From an uncultured delta proteobacterium (GTDB lineage Bacteria > Myxococcota_A > UBA9160 > SZUA-336): DNA of 64,000 bases. Where the stretch lies: contig CAVPHD010000001.1 of the NCBI GenBank assembly GCA_963704165.1, positions 64,001 through 128,000 on the forward strand, in the 5' to 3' direction. The notes below the pieces were generated by a model that worked only from the letters and a program-made list of their open reading frames with translations, had not been told where the DNA came from and did no database searches. Shown here one piece after another: positions 19,026-30,844 of the stretch (position 1 is its first letter; each line of letters begins with the position of its first letter). Both the position numbers and the translations under genes were made by a program.

Positions 19026-21780
19026 TTGGCAAAGTCACTCGTGATCACGGAGAAGCCCAGCGTCGCGCGCGACATCGTCGCGGTGCTCGGCGGCTTCACC
19101 GAACACGATGGGTACTGGGAATCGAACGAACACGTCGTCACGTTCTCGGTGGGGCACATCGTCGAGCTGCTCGCGCCCGAGGACGTCGATCCGCTGTACA
19201 AGCGCTGGACTCTCGACACGCTCCCCATCCTGCCGAGCGAGTTCAAGCTGAAGCCGAAGTCCGGGCAGTCCGAGCGCATCCGCACGATCAAGAAGCTGCT
19301 CGCCCGCGATGACGTCGAGATCGTCGTCAACGCCTGCGACGCCGGCCGCGAAGGTGAGCTGATCTTCCGCGAGATCCTCGAGTACCTCGAGTGCACCAAG
19401 CCGACGAAGCGCCTGTGGCTGCAGTCGATGACCGCGAATTCGATCCGCGCCGGATTCGAAACGCTCGTGGACGGCTCGAAGTACGACGGACTCGGCGCTG
19501 CGGCGTCGTGCCGATCGAAGTCCGACTGGCTGATCGGCATGAACGCGACGCGCGCGCTGACGCGGCGGCTGAAGGCACGCAAGGAGAAGACCGCCTGGTC
19601 GGCCGGGCGCGTGCAGACACCGACGCTGGCGATCGTCGTCGATCGCGAGCTCGAAATCCTCGCGCACGTTCCCAAGCCGTACTGGCAGCTGCAGGGGCGC
19701 TTTCGCGCGGCGGATCACGAATACGTCGGGATCTGGTTCGATGCGGACTTCCGCGCGCCCGAGGGCGAGGAGCGGGAGAACCGCGACGATCGGATCTTCG
19801 ACAACGCGCGCGCGAATTCACTCGTGGACCAGATCGGCGGCCAAGCGGCCGTAGCGAGCGAGACACGCAAGCCGAGCCGAGAGACCGCGCCGCCGCTCTT
19901 CGACCTGACGAGCCTGCAGCGCGAGGGCAACCGCCGCTTCGGCTGGTCGGCGCGCCGCACGCTGAACGCCGCGCAGCGCTGCTACGAGGCGCACAAACTC
20001 CTCACCTACCCGCGCACCGACTCGCGCTGCCTTCCGAACGACTACCGCTCGACCGTGGACGAGGTCTTGCGCTCGTTCGCCGAGGCCGGCCCGTTCCAGG
20101 CCGAGGCGACCCACCTGCGCGAGAAGGGTCTCGAGAACACCGAGCGCACCTTCGACGACGCGAAAGTCTCGGATCACTTCGCGATCATCCCGACCGGGCA
20201 GAATTCCCGAAACGAGCCTGTCCGGCGACGACGAACGTCTCTTCGATCTGGTCTCCCGACGATTTCTCGCGAACTTCTACGAGCCCGCGGTCTGGAACCG
20301 TGTCGAGCGCGTGACCGAGGTGGCGGGCCAGAAGTTCCGCTCCCGCTCGCGCACCCTCGACGAACCCGGCTGGCGCGCGGTGCTCGGGCAGGTCGAACAG
20401 GAAGAGCAGGTGCTGCCCGCGCTCGTCCCCGGTGCGACCGAGGCCGAGGCGGTCGACGTCTCGATCCTCGGCGTCGACCTCGAGACGGATCGCACGAAAC
20501 CGCCCCCGCGAATCACCGAAGCGCGACTGCTGTCGCTGATGGAATCGGCCGGAAAGGACATCGAGGACGAGGAGCTCGCAGCCGCGATCTCCGAGAAGGG
20601 GATCGGGACCCCGGCGACGCGCGCAGACGTGATCGAGAACCTGATCGCGAAGAGCTACCTGATGCGCGCGAGCAAGTCGCTGCGCCCGACGGTGAAGGGC
20701 ATCCGGCTCGTCGACGTCCTGCGACGGATCCACATCGACCGACTCGCGTCCCCTTCGCTCACCGGCCAGCTCGAGTTCGACCTGCGCCAGGTCGAACGCG
20801 GGGCGATGCCCGCCGAGCAGTTCATGGACGAGATCGTCGAGTACACGCGCCAGATCACCGACATCGCCAAGACCTTCGAGTACGAGGATCTCTACCCGGA
20901 CGAGGAGCCGCTCGGGACCTGTCCGCTCTGCTCACGCCCGGTCTTCGAGCGCTCCTGGTTCTATCGCTGCCTCGAGGTTCCTGGCGTGAGCGGCGACGAC
21001 GATTGCCGCATGCGGATCTGGAAGGACAAGTCGGGACGGTACATGGACCGCCAGACCGTCCGAACCCTGCTCGAGAAGTTCGAGACCGACGAGCTCGAGG
21101 GTTTTGCCGCCCGCGATGGCCGCACGTACAGCGCGCGTCTCACGCTCGAAGACGGTGAAGTCGTGCTGCACCCGATCGCGGGAAGCTCGAGCGATCGCGT
21201 CAGTGAGTCCCCGGAGTACGAGGTCAACGAAGAGCCACTCGGGGCGTGTCCGATGGGCTGCGGAAGTCAGGTCGTCGAGACGCAGACTCACTTTCAGTGT
21301 CAGGCCGGGATCGCGAAGCAGGCGGAGAACGACATCAAGGCGCGTGAGTTCGAGGCCGAGCACAACGAGGCCGGGAAGCGCCGCAAGCGCTACAAGGTGC
21401 CCGACGAGGACAAGCCCTGCGGCTTCCTGATTCCGCGCACGGTGTGCAAACGCGAGATCACCCGCGACGAGGCGATGAAGCTCCTCGGTCCCGAGCGGAA
21501 GACCGACCTCCTCACCGACTTCACCTCGCGCTTCGGCCGGCCGTTCTCCGCCATGTTGTTCCTGAAGGAGAACGGGCGGCACGGATTCGAATTCGCGCCG
21601 CGCCAGCCGCGCGGCAAGGCCGCAGCGGAGGCGGCGGACGCCGAGCCCGGCGAGGGAGCCGAGGCCGGCACCGAAGCGGCGGCTCCGAAGAAGAAGCGGT
21701 CCACGCCCAAGACGGCCCGGCGCAAGAAGGCGGCCGCGAAGAAGACACCCGCCAAGAAGGCATCGCGGAAGAAGGCGTGA
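19026..21780 (+). CDS. topB: DNA topoisomerase III (type IA), one apparent frameshift near 20200
   Basis: EKPSVA, DAGREGELIF, SAGRVQTPT, LTYPRTD, DHFAIIPT, GIGTPATRA; C-terminal Cys repeats and Lys-rich tail; frame changes +1 near 20200. Confidence 0.85.
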
Positions 21781-22643
21781 GCAGGGTCCGGCGCATCGGC
21801 CTCGTGCAGCAGGCGGTCGGCGACGACCTCGATCGGAATCTCGCTCGCGCCGAGGAGGCGATCCGCGAGGCGGCGTCGGGCGGCGCGCAGATCGTCTGTC
21901 TTCAGGAGTTGTTCCGCAGCACCTACTTCTGTCAGCGCGAAGACGCATCGCTCTTCGATCTGGCGGAGCCGATTCCCGGGCCGACGACCGAACGCATGTC
22001 GAAGATCGCTGCCGACTGCGGCGTGGTGCTGATCGTGCCCGTCTTCGAGCGACGCGCCGCCGGCCTGTATCACAACTCGGCGGTCGTGATCGAGCGCGAC
22101 GGGACGATGATCGGTCACTACCGGAAGATGCACATTCCCGACGATCCCCTCTTCTACGAGAAGTTCTACTTCACGCCCGGCGATCTCGGCTTTCACGGCG
22201 TGGACACCTCCGCGGGCCGGATCGGCGTTCTGATCTGTTGGGATCAGTGGTTCCCGGAGGCCGCGCGGCTCCTGGCGCTCGACGGCGCGGAGCTTCTCTT
22301 CTACCCGACCGCGATCGCATACCTCGACGGCGAGACCGACGAAGAGAACGCGTCGATGCGCGAATCGTGGCTGACGGTGCAGCGCGGGCACGCGATCGCG
22401 AACGGCGTCTTCGTCTGCGCCGCGAACCGCGTGGGTCGCGAGGGAAGCTTGCGCTTCTGGGGCAGCTCGTTCGTCGCGGATCCACGGGGGCGACTGATCG
22501 GCCAGGCCGGCGATTCGTCCGAGCAGGTGCTGATCGTCGACTGCGACCTCGAGACCATCGAGAGGCAGCGACGAGGTTGGCCGTTCCTGCGCGACCGCCG
22601 CATCGATGCGTACGGCGACCTGCTCTCGCGTTTCCGTCGCTAG
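21777..22643 (+). CDS. aguB: N-carbamoylputrescine amidase (carbon-nitrogen hydrolase)
   Basis: CLQELF, YRKMHIPDDP..YEKFYF, ICWDQWFPE, RDRR motifs; adjacent to agmatine deiminase. Confidence 0.9.
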   Translation: MSRVRRIGLVQQAVGDDLDRNLARAEEAIREAASGGAQIVCLQELFRSTYFCQREDASLFDLAEPIPGPTTERMSKIAADCGVVLIVPVFERRAAGLYHNSAVVIERDGTMIGHYRKMHIPDDPLFYEKFYFTPGDLGFHGVDTSAGRIGVLICWDQWFPEAARLLALDGAELLFYPTAIAYLDGETDEENASMRESWLTVQRGHAIANGVFVCAANRVGREGSLRFWGSSFVADPRGRLIGQAGDSSEQVLIVDCDLETIERQRRGWPFLRDRRIDAYGDLLSRFRR

Positions 22644-22644
22644 C

Positions 22645-23664
22645 ATGAACTCACGCCTTCGCATGCCCGCCGAATGGGAACCACACGCTTCGACGTGGCT
22701 GGCCTGGCCACACGCGATCACGACCTGGCCGGGTTGCCTCGACGACGCCGAACGCGAGTTCGAGTTCCTCGTGCGCACGCTCACGCGGTTCGAGCGCGTG
22801 GAGCTCCTGGTCCAGAGCGAGTCCCATCGCGGGCGGATCGAGGAGCGGCTCGGCGCGATCGTTCGCGGTGGCGCGCTTCGCCTGCACGTGATCCCGACCG
22901 ACGACGTGTGGATGCGCGACATCGGGCCGACCTTCGTTCGCGCCGACCGACGAGCTCATCGCGCTCGACTGGACCTTCGACGCGTGGGGCGGGAAGTACG
23001 CGCCGTGGGACCGCGACGACGCGGTCGCCGCGCAGGTCGCGAAGCTCGCGGGTGTTCGCCGTGAGCGTCCGGGAATCGTTCTCGAAGGCGGCGCGATCGA
23101 GGTGGACGGTGAAGGGCACGCTTCTCGCGACCGAGCCGACGCTTCTCGATCCGAAGCGGAATCCCGGCATCGACCGGCGGGCGATCGAGACGCTCGTCCT
23201 CGAGTTGCTCGGCGCGCGCACGACGATCTGGCTCGGTGACGGCATCGAGGGCGACGACACCGACGGACACATCGACGACATCGCGCGCTTCGTCGCACCC
23301 GGACGCGTGGTCTGCGCTCGCGAGCGGGATCCGCTCGATCCAAACCACGAGCCGCTCGAGGACTGCATCGCACGCCTGCGCGCGGCACGCGATGCCGCCG
23401 GGCGCGCGCTCGAGGTGATCGAGCTGCCGATGCCGCCGCCCGTGCACGCGGGCGAGGATCGTCTGCCCGCAAGCTACGCGAACTTCTACGTCGCCAACGG
23501 AGCCGTGCTCGTGCCCGATCTTCGACGCGCCCACCGACCGGCAGGCGCTGGATCTGCTCCGTCCGCTCTTTCCGGCCCGGGAGATCGTCGGCATTCCCTC
23601 GCGCGCGCTCGTCCGCGGACTCGGTGCCGTGCACTGCCTGACGCAACAGCAACCGCTGACATAG
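22645..23664 (+). CDS. aguA: Agmatine deiminase, three apparent +1 frameshifts (~22948, ~23112, ~23516)
   Basis: RMPAEWEPH, W.RD.GP, LEGGAIEVDG, DDTDGHIDD, SYANF, GLGAVHCLTQQQP recovered across three frame changes. Confidence 0.85.
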
Positions 23665-23673
23665 AATCGTGTC

Positions 23674-24529
23674 ATGCCACGGGCGGCGGCTCTGAAGCGA
23701 TATGAGTTCGCGAAGTACCATGCCCTCGGGAACGATTACCTGGTGGTCGACGGAGACCTCTTCCGTCCCCAGCTGAACGGCGAGCGAGTGCGCGCGCTCT
23801 GCGACCGCAATACCGGGATCGGGAGCGACGGCGTTCTCTCGTTGCATCGGCCGGACCGCGGCGCACTCGTTCTGCGGATCTGGAACCCCGACGGCTCCGA
23901 GGCCGAGAAGAGCGGAAACGGCATTCGGATCTTCGCCCGCTTCCTCTGGGACTTCGGCTACGTGAGGAAACGCGAGCTCGAGATCGCGACGGGTGGAGGT
24001 CGGGTCGTGGCCCGGCTCTTCCTCGTCGGAAGAGAGGTGCGGAGCATCCGCGTCGACATGGGACGTGCGACCTTCGCGAGCTCCGAGATCCCCATGCTCG
24101 GCCCCGAGCGCGAGGTGATCGACGAGCCGCTGCGGGTCGGCTCCCTCGATCTTCGTGTGACCTGCGTTTCGGTCGGTAACCCGCACTGCGTCCGCTTCGT
24201 CTCCGAGCTCCATCCCGAGGCCCTGCGCAGCTCTGGGACCACAGCTCGAGAACCACGCGATGTTTCCGAACCGGATCAACGTCCAGCTCGCGCGGGTGCG
24301 CTCTCGATCGGCGATCGACATGCTCGTCTGGGAGCGGGGCGCCGGTGAGACGCGGGCCTCCGGCTCGTCGAGCTGCGCGGTCGCCGCCGCCGCGCACCGG
24401 CTCGGTCTGGTCGATCGCAAGGTGGACGTGCGGATGCCGGGCGGAAAGCTCCGGATCGAGGTCTCCCCCGACTACGCGCTCCGGATGACCGGCTCGGCGA
24501 CTCCGGTCTATCGCGGGAGACTTCTCTAG
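23674..24529 (+). CDS. dapF: Diaminopimelate epimerase, apparent frameshift near 24230
   Basis: KYHALGNDY, GIGSDG, NPDGSEAEKSGNG, VGNPH, FPNRINVQ, WERGAGET..SGS. Confidence 0.85.
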
Positions 24530-25874
24530 ACCGAGAGACTCCGGCCCGACGGCCGCAGCGCGTTCGCCAGCGCGTCCGCGACCCGGCCGGCGTTCTCGGC
24601 ACGCAGCGTCGCGGTCGTGATCCGCAGCGCCGGACCGCTCTGGATTCGAAAGCGCGCGCCGGCGGAGACCGCGAAGCCCGCCTCGAGCAGCGCCGAAGCG
24701 GCGGAGGCTTCGTCGGGCACCGGCACCCACACGTTCATGCCGGAGCGGCCAAACGCCACGATCCCTCGCTCGGCGAACGCGGAGATCAGCGCGCGTCTCC
24801 GCTCGGTGTAGACCCGATCCGCAGCGCTGCAGTCCACGTATGATTTGCTTGTCCGCCGAGCAACGCCGCCACCGTGCGCTGCAAGAGGTGACTCACCCAA
24901 CGAACACCGAGCGCGAAGCGGCCCTCGATGCGCGCGACCGTCACCGCGTCGCCGCACAGAAACGCGAGACGCAGGTCGGGGCCGAGCGATTTCGAGACCG
25001 ACCGCACGACGGCCCACCGCTCCACTCCGCCCGCGCAGAGCGTCCGCGCGGGCGCACCCGCCACGCTGCCGCCGTGGTCGTCCTCGAGCACGAGCACGTC
25101 GGGATGGGACCGCAGCGTCGCTCGAAGCTCGCGCACGCGCCGATCGTCGAGCGCGGATCCGAACGGATTCTGCGCTCGCGTCGTGACGACGAGCGCCTCG
25201 ATGCCGGAACGCAGCGCGCGCTCGGTCGCGTCCGGCAGCGGTCCCGCGTCGTCGACCTCGATCGGCACGGGCACGAGGCCGAGCGCGGAAACGAGATGGA
25301 AGACGGCCGGAAAGCCGGGATCCTCGACCCCGACGCGATCGCCGGGCCGAAGCCAGGCACCGAGCGCGCGCTCGATCCCGTCGAGCGCGCCGCTCACCAC
25401 GGTGAGGGAGTCGGCCGGAATCCCGTCCGCGCGAGATCCGCGGCGCGCGAGCTTCATCAGCTTCTCGTCGCAGAGGTCCTGCCCGTACACCACCGGGCTG
25501 GTGTCGATCCGGCGCAGGGCGGGTCCGATGTCGGGGAGAAGAGCGGGGTCGGGGTTGCCGCTCGCGAGATCGATCGCATTCGCGGGTACGCGCGAGACGG
25601 CGATCGTCTGCGCGATCGGCGGGTGATGGCTGATCGCCGAGCCGCGGCGCCCTTGGGCGACGACCAGACCGCGGAGACGGAGAGTCCGATAGGCCGCCGC
25701 GACGGTCGTCGGGCTGACACGCAGCCGCATCGCCAGCTCGCGCACGGTGGGCAGCCTGGCGCCCGAATCGAGGACGCCGTCGCGCAGCGCGGCCTCGACG
25801 CTCGCGGCGATCTCGACGGCTGTCTTCCCCGTGATATGCTGTGCCAGTACAGACTTCTTTTTGTTCTGTAACAA
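24526..25874 (-). CDS. MocR/GabR-family GntR regulator with PLP aminotransferase domain, apparent frameshifts near 24810-24860
   Basis: wHTH LPTVRELA..L.VS..TV..AY; EDPG, AQNP.G, EDDH, SVSKSLGPDLR; C-terminus in another frame. Confidence 0.8.
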
Positions 25875-25876
25875 AA
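25859..25876. promoter_or_regulatory. Palindromic operator between the divergent MocR and FMN-binding genes
   Basis: TTTTGTT-CTGT-AACAAAA perfect inverted repeat in an AT-rich patch. Confidence 0.5.
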
Positions 25877-25904
25877 TAACCGAGCCGGACCGGAGGCGTC
25901 AACC

Positions 25905-26567
25905 ATGGCCGATCTCACCCCCACCCCGCGGACGCGACTGAAACGCCGGCCGCAGCGCGCGAGCTACGACCGCGCAGTCGTGAACGCGATTCTCGACGAG
26001 GGCTTCCTCTGTCACGTCGCGTTCACCCACGACGGCCAACCCGGCGTGATCCCGACCGTGTACGCGCGAGGGGGCGACGCGCTGTACCTGCACGGCGCGC
26101 GCGCGAATCGTGCACTGAACGCGATGATCGAACCCGGGCGCGATTCCTGCCTCTCGGTCACGCACGTCGATGCGCTCGTGCTCGCGCGCTCCGCGTTTCA
26201 TCACTCGGTGAACTACCGTTGCGTGATCGTCTACGGGCAGGCCGAGGAAGTCACGGATCCGGGCGAGAAGCACGAGGCGCTGCGACTCCTCGTCGAGCAC
26301 GTGATTCCCGGCCGCTCGAAGGACATCCGCTCGCCCAGCAAGGACGAGTTCGAACAGACACTCGTCGTGAAGCTCGCGATCACGGAGGCTTCGGCGAAGG
26401 TCCGCGCGGTCGGCGTGATCGATGACGAGTCCGACCTCGAGCAAGGCTGCTGGGCGGGACTGCTGCCGATCGCCACGAGCTTCGGACCGGCTCTGCGCGA
26501 CCCTGCACTTCCCGAAGGCATTCCCCTGCCCGCCTATCTCGAGAGCTACTCGCGAGTGGCCGGCTAG
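25905..26567 (+). CDS. Pyridoxamine 5'-phosphate oxidase family flavin-binding protein (NimA-like)
   Basis: RASYD...ILDE, P.VIPT, LYLHG, VDALVLARSAFHHSVNYR; divergent from a MocR gene, the usual arrangement. Confidence 0.85.
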   Translation: MADLTPTPRTRLKRRPQRASYDRAVVNAILDEGFLCHVAFTHDGQPGVIPTVYARGGDALYLHGARANRALNAMIEPGRDSCLSVTHVDALVLARSAFHHSVNYRCVIVYGQAEEVTDPGEKHEALRLLVEHVIPGRSKDIRSPSKDEFEQTLVVKLAITEASAKVRAVGVIDDESDLEQGCWAGLLPIATSFGPALRDPALPEGIPLPAYLESYSRVAG

Positions 26568-26576
26568 GATTTCGCT

Positions 26577-28115
26577 TCAGTAGTGCGGATTCGTGCCGGA
26601 GGCGAGCGGATCGGGCGCGATGGAGGCCCCGCTCTCGCCCGGTGCCCCGGCCATCATCGCCTTCCGACGCTGCTCGAGGGCACGGCGGATGTCTGCGTGC
26701 ACCGCTCGCGTGATCTTGTACCGCGTGATCAGGCTGATCGGAATCAGGTACAAGAGCGGAACACCGATCCCGACGACGAGTCCCAGACGCATGAGCGTGT
26801 CCGGGGGTACATCCGCCGGCGCGATGCCGCGCGGAAGATCGATCATCGCGAGAATGAGGCCACCGAGAACGATCCCGACGCTCGACACGGCCTTGCCCGA
26901 GAACGAAAGAGCCGCGCTGAACATCGCTTCCTGGCGGTAGTGGGTGCGGAGTTCGTGATCGTCCAGAACGTCGGCGACGAGTGAAGCGCCGATGATGCCC
27001 TGGATCACCGCAATGCCCGCACCGAAGACCCCCATGCCGATCAGGATCACGAGCAGCTTTGGATCTCCGTTCGCGGGCAACACGTCGAGAAAGCGAAGTG
27101 ACACCAGGAGGATGCCGTCGATCAGATTGACCGACGCGCAGACCAGCAGGACGTGCTTCTTGTCCCAGCGCTTCTGCGTCGCGGCGACGAGCGGAAACGC
27201 CACGAGCGCACCGACCGAGACCAGCGCGAACCAACGCAAGTCCTCGGCGGTGAGTCCCCAGAAGAACGTCGTCATGTAGATGCCGATGTTGGCCGTGGTT
27301 CCGCCGATCGCGGAGGTGAGCAGGACGATCACGAAGATCAGCGCGAACTGGCGATTCGACAGCGCCCGGATCAGCTCCCGGATCGTGCCCATGAAGCTGA
27401 ATCCCCGGGGCGAAACGGCGTGCTGACGCAGATAGGGGATCTCGCGGCGGGTCAAGAGGGTCGTCGCGACGGCACCGACGGTGAGCAGGAATCCGGCGCA
27501 CAGCGCCATCGTCGGGTAGTGAGCGGGATTGAGCTGGCCGATCGCTTGCTCGGGGGTTGCCCGCATGACGAGGCCGTAGGTGAAGAGCGGGAACGAGACG
27601 CCGACGATCCAGCCCGCCGCGAAGCGATGGGCCATCACGCTGGTGCGCTCGTCGTAGTCGTCGGAGAGCTCCGCGGCGATCGCCGCCCACGGCACGAAGA
27701 AGAGCGTCATCAGGCCGCGCGTGAGCATGACGAAACTCATCAACCAGAGAAACAACCCCGTCTCGCCGAACCCCGCCGGTGGCACGAACACGAAGTACAG
27801 CGCGCTGCCGAGCGGTAGCGCTCCGATCAGCATCAGCGGATGTCGCCGCCCCCATCGCGTCGAGAGATTGTCGGAGAGCGAGGCGACCATCGGATCGGTA
27901 ATCGCGTCGAAGACGATCGCGACGGCGAGCGCGATCGATACGAGCGTCGGATCGACCCCGAGGATCTGGTTGTAGTACAGGAGGATGAAGGTGTTGAACG
28001 TCCAGTTCTTCACCGTATCCGGAATCGCGCCGATGCCCTGGTAGAGCTTCGTCGAGAAACGCAGCCGACCTACCCGCTCTCGACGGACATAGGTCGGAGC
28101 GGCTTCATCCTGCAT
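26577..28115 (-). CDS. MFS transporter, glycoside-pentoside-hexuronide (MelB-like) family
   Basis: DAITDP...LSD..STRWGRRHP, ELSDDYDERT, ADVLD..EL motifs; about 12 TM helices. Confidence 0.9.
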   Translation of the reverse strand: MQDEAAPTYVRRERVGRLRFSTKLYQGIGAIPDTVKNWTFNTFILLYYNQILGVDPTLVSIALAVAIVFDAITDPMVASLSDNLSTRWGRRHPLMLIGALPLGSALYFVFVPPAGFGETGLFLWLMSFVMLTRGLMTLFFVPWAAIAAELSDDYDERTSVMAHRFAAGWIVGVSFPLFTYGLVMRATPEQAIGQLNPAHYPTMALCAGFLLTVGAVATTLLTRREIPYLRQHAVSPRGFSFMGTIRELIRALSNRQFALIFVIVLLTSAIGGTTANIGIYMTTFFWGLTAEDLRWFALVSVGALVAFPLVAATQKRWDKKHVLLVCASVNLIDGILLVSLRFLDVLPANGDPKLLVILIGMGVFGAGIAVIQGIIGASLVADVLDDHELRTHYRQEAMFSAALSFSGKAVSSVGIVLGGLILAMIDLPRGIAPADVPPDTLMRLGLVVGIGVPLLYLIPISLITRYKITRAVHADIRRALEQRRKAMMAGAPGESGASIAPDPLASGTNPHY

Positions 28116-28980
28116 GTGCGCTCGAAGGCTCGATGACGAGCGTAGCCACGCCGTGTGTGCCGCTCTCGATCGCGAACACTCTCGTGCCCGGCTTGTGTCC
28201 CGCCCGAACTCCGCTCACCTCGACACCCGCGGCTGCGAGTCGGGCGTGGCAAGCGTCCGCATCGGGAACCTGCCAGGCGAGTCCAAAGAGGCGATCTCGC
28301 GCCGATGGATCCGGCTTCGTCTCCAGCCGGCTCGCGATCTCGACGGTGACGCCGCCGATGCGAAAGAACATCAGTCGCACGCCGCGGTTCTCGAACGTAC
28401 GGTCGAGCGCCAAACGCAAGCCGAGCTTCTCCCCGTAGAACTCGCGGGTCACCTCGGCGTCGAGTGTCTGCACGACGACGTGGTCGAGCGCCGCCACGGC
28501 CGAATTCGATTCCACGTGCGGGGCGACGAGCGGGAGGGCATCGGGCGACGAGAGATGCTCGACCGCGATCACCAGCGGACCCCGTGAATCGCCGCGCGGA
28601 AGGATCACGGTCTTCCACTCCCGCTCGGCGGAGGTCGCACGGTCGCGCCCGCTGCCGGAAGTCGGACCGGTCGGCGACAGGCCGCGCGCGCGCAGCTCGC
28701 GCGCGCACGCTTCGGCGTCGTCGGTGCCGAAGGCAATTCCGACCACGCCCTCGCCGTTCTCGTCGAGCACCGCGCGAAGCATCGTGGCGGTCGGGCCGTC
28801 TTCGACCGGCGCGAGCAGCTCGAGGTAGGTGTTCGACACGCGGAAGAGCGTGTTTGCACTGCCCATGCCCGGGTGTGCGCCGCGCCACGAAGGCTCGCGG
28901 CCGAGCAGCGTGGTGTACGTCGAGGTCGCTTCTTCGAGATCGCGTACAGCGACGATGACGTGATCGAGCGAGTGCAGCAT
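28105..28980 (-). CDS. Two-domain VOC/glyoxalase family protein
   Basis: LDHVIVAVRDL..A, YLELL and a second LDHVVV repeat. Confidence 0.85.
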   Translation of the reverse strand: MLHSLDHVIVAVRDLEEATSTYTTLLGREPSWRGAHPGMGSANTLFRVSNTYLELLAPVEDGPTATMLRAVLDENGEGVVGIAFGTDDAEACARELRARGLSPTGPTSGSGRDRATSAEREWKTVILPRGDSRGPLVIAVEHLSSPDALPLVAPHVESNSAVAALDHVVVQTLDAEVTREFYGEKLGLRLALDRTFENRGVRLMFFRIGGVTVEIASRLETKPDPSARDRLFGLAWQVPDADACHARLAAAGVEVSGVRAGHKPGTRVFAIESGTHGVATLVIEPSSAHAG

Positions 28981-29003
28981 CGCGCGAGCTTACCAGAGGC
29001 GAT

Positions 29004-30812
29004 TCAGCCCGGTCGCTTCCTCAGATTGGCCGGCAGCATGCGCTTGCGCAGGCGAAGGCTCTGCGGAGTCACTTCGAGCAGCTCGTCGCCCTCGATCCAC
29101 TCGAGTGCGGACTCGATCGTGAAACGGCGCGGCGGGGTGAGGACCTCTGCCTCGTCCCGTCCGGCGGCACGCACGTTGGTGAGTTTCTTCGGGCGACACA
29201 CATTCACGTTCATGTCGTTCGCGCGACGGTTCTCGCCGACCACCTGTCCCTCGTAGATCGGCTCACCGTTGCCGATGAACATGGTCGCGCGGTCCTGGAT
29301 GTTGAAGAGCGCGTGCGCGGTGGAACGACCGGGGTCGCTCGCGACGATCGCACCTACACCACGACCGGTCAGTGCGCCCGCGAGCGGCTCGTAGCCCCGC
29401 ACGCTGCGATAGAGGGTGCCCTCGCCGCGCGTGTCCGTCAGGAACTCCGTCCGGTAGCCGAACAAACCGCGGGACGGAACGACGAAGTTCAAGAGCGTTC
29501 GCGCGCCACGGCTCTCCATCTGTACGAGCCGGCCGCGCCGCGAGCCGAGCTTCTCGAGCACCGCGCCGGTGGCCTCCTGGGGCACTTCGGCGACGACGTC
29601 CTCGACGGGTTCGCAGCGCTTCCCATCGATGGTGCGCTCGATGATCTGCGGTTGCGAGACGGCGAACTCGAAACCCTCGCGCCGCATGGTCTCGATCAGC
29701 ACCGCGATCTGCAGCTCGCCGCGACCGGCGACCTCGAACGTGTCGGTCGCCTCGCCGGTGCCGATCCGGATCGACACGTTCGTCAGTGCCTCACGGCGCA
29801 GGCGGTCGCCGATCTGGCGGCTGGTGACGTACTTGCCTTCCTGTCCGGCGAACGGGGAGTTGTTGACGGAGAAGCGCACGCTGACCGTGGGCGGATCGAT
29901 GGCGATTCGCGGAAGAGGCTCCTGCGCGTCGGGGGCGCAGATCGTGTCGCCGATCTCGATCGTGTCGACACCGGCGATGATCGCGATCTCGCCGGCCGAG
30001 GCGCTGTCTCGCTCGACGCGGTCGAGCCCCTGGGGCGCGAACAGCTTGGTGATTCGGAAGCTCTGAGCCGTGCCCGTTTCGGGGATACGCACGACGGTGA
30101 CACCGCGGCGCAAGGTGCCGCGCTCGACGCGGCCGATCACGAGCCGGCCGACGAACTCGTCCCAGCCGAGCGTCACGGCCTGGAACTGCAGCGAGCCATC
30201 GACGTCGACCTCGGGTGCGGGCGCCTGCTCGAGGATCAGATCGAGAAGCGGTCGCAGATCCTTGCGCTCGCCATCGGGAGAAAGGGAAGCGGTGCCCTGC
30301 TTCGCCGAGGTGTAGACGATCGGGAAGTCGAGCTGGCGATCGTCGGCACCGAGCTCGACGAGCAGATCGAAAACCTCGTCCACGACCTCGTGCGCGCGCT
30401 GCTCCGGCCGGTCGATCTTGTTGACGACGACGATCGGCTTCAGGCCGCGCGCGAGCGCCTTGCCGAGCACGAAGCGCGTCTGCGGCATCACACCCTCGAC
30501 CGCGTCGACGAGCAAGAGCACCGCATCGACCATGCCCATCACGCGCTCGACCTCGCCACCGAAGTCCGCGTGGCCCGGCGTGTCGACGAGCTGAACCTTC
30601 ACGCCCTGATACTCCACGGCCGTGCTCTTGGCGTGGATCGTGATGCCGCGCTCGCGCTCGAGGTCCTCGCTGTCCATCGCGCGCTCCTGCACCTCTTGGT
30701 TGGCGCGGAACGTGCCTGTCTGGCGCAGGAGACCATCGAGCAGCGTCGTCTTGCCGTGATCGACGTGCGCAATGATGGCCAGGTTGCGGATGTCTTTACG
30801 GGGGCCACGCAT
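29004..30812 (-). CDS. typA: Translational GTPase TypA/BipA
   Basis: [47 protein letters not shown]. Confidence 0.95.
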   Translation of the reverse strand: MRGPRKDIRNLAIIAHVDHGKTTLLDGLLRQTGTFRANQEVQERAMDSEDLERERGITIHAKSTAVEYQGVKVQLVDTPGHADFGGEVERVMGMVDAVLLLVDAVEGVMPQTRFVLGKALARGLKPIVVVNKIDRPEQRAHEVVDEVFDLLVELGADDRQLDFPIVYTSAKQGTASLSPDGERKDLRPLLDLILEQAPAPEVDVDGSLQFQAVTLGWDEFVGRLVIGRVERGTLRRGVTVVRIPETGTAQSFRITKLFAPQGLDRVERDSASAGEIAIIAGVDTIEIGDTICAPDAQEPLPRIAIDPPTVSVRFSVNNSPFAGQEGKYVTSRQIGDRLRREALTNVSIRIGTGEATDTFEVAGRGELQIAVLIETMRREGFEFAVSQPQIIERTIDGKRCEPVEDVVAEVPQEATGAVLEKLGSRRGRLVQMESRGARTLLNFVVPSRGLFGYRTEFLTDTRGEGTLYRSVRGYEPLAGALTGRGVGAIVASDPGRSTAHALFNIQDRATMFIGNGEPIYEGQVVGENRRANDMNVNVCRPKKLTNVRAAGRDEAEVLTPPRRFTIESALEWIEGDELLEVTPQSLRLRKRMLPANLRKRPG

Positions 30813-30844
30813 CGGGGCGGCGAGGCTAAGATGCCTTCCGCCGG

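Noticed and set aside
21640..21780. Repetitive AAGAAG-rich stretch
   Set aside because: Encodes the Lys/Ala-rich C-terminal tail commonly found on type IA topoisomerases; not a DNA repeat element
22645..23664. Programmed ribosomal frameshifting in aguA, topB or dapF
   Set aside because: Multiple shifts per gene, no slippery heptamers, the same +1 insertion pattern in unrelated genes; sequencing error is simpler
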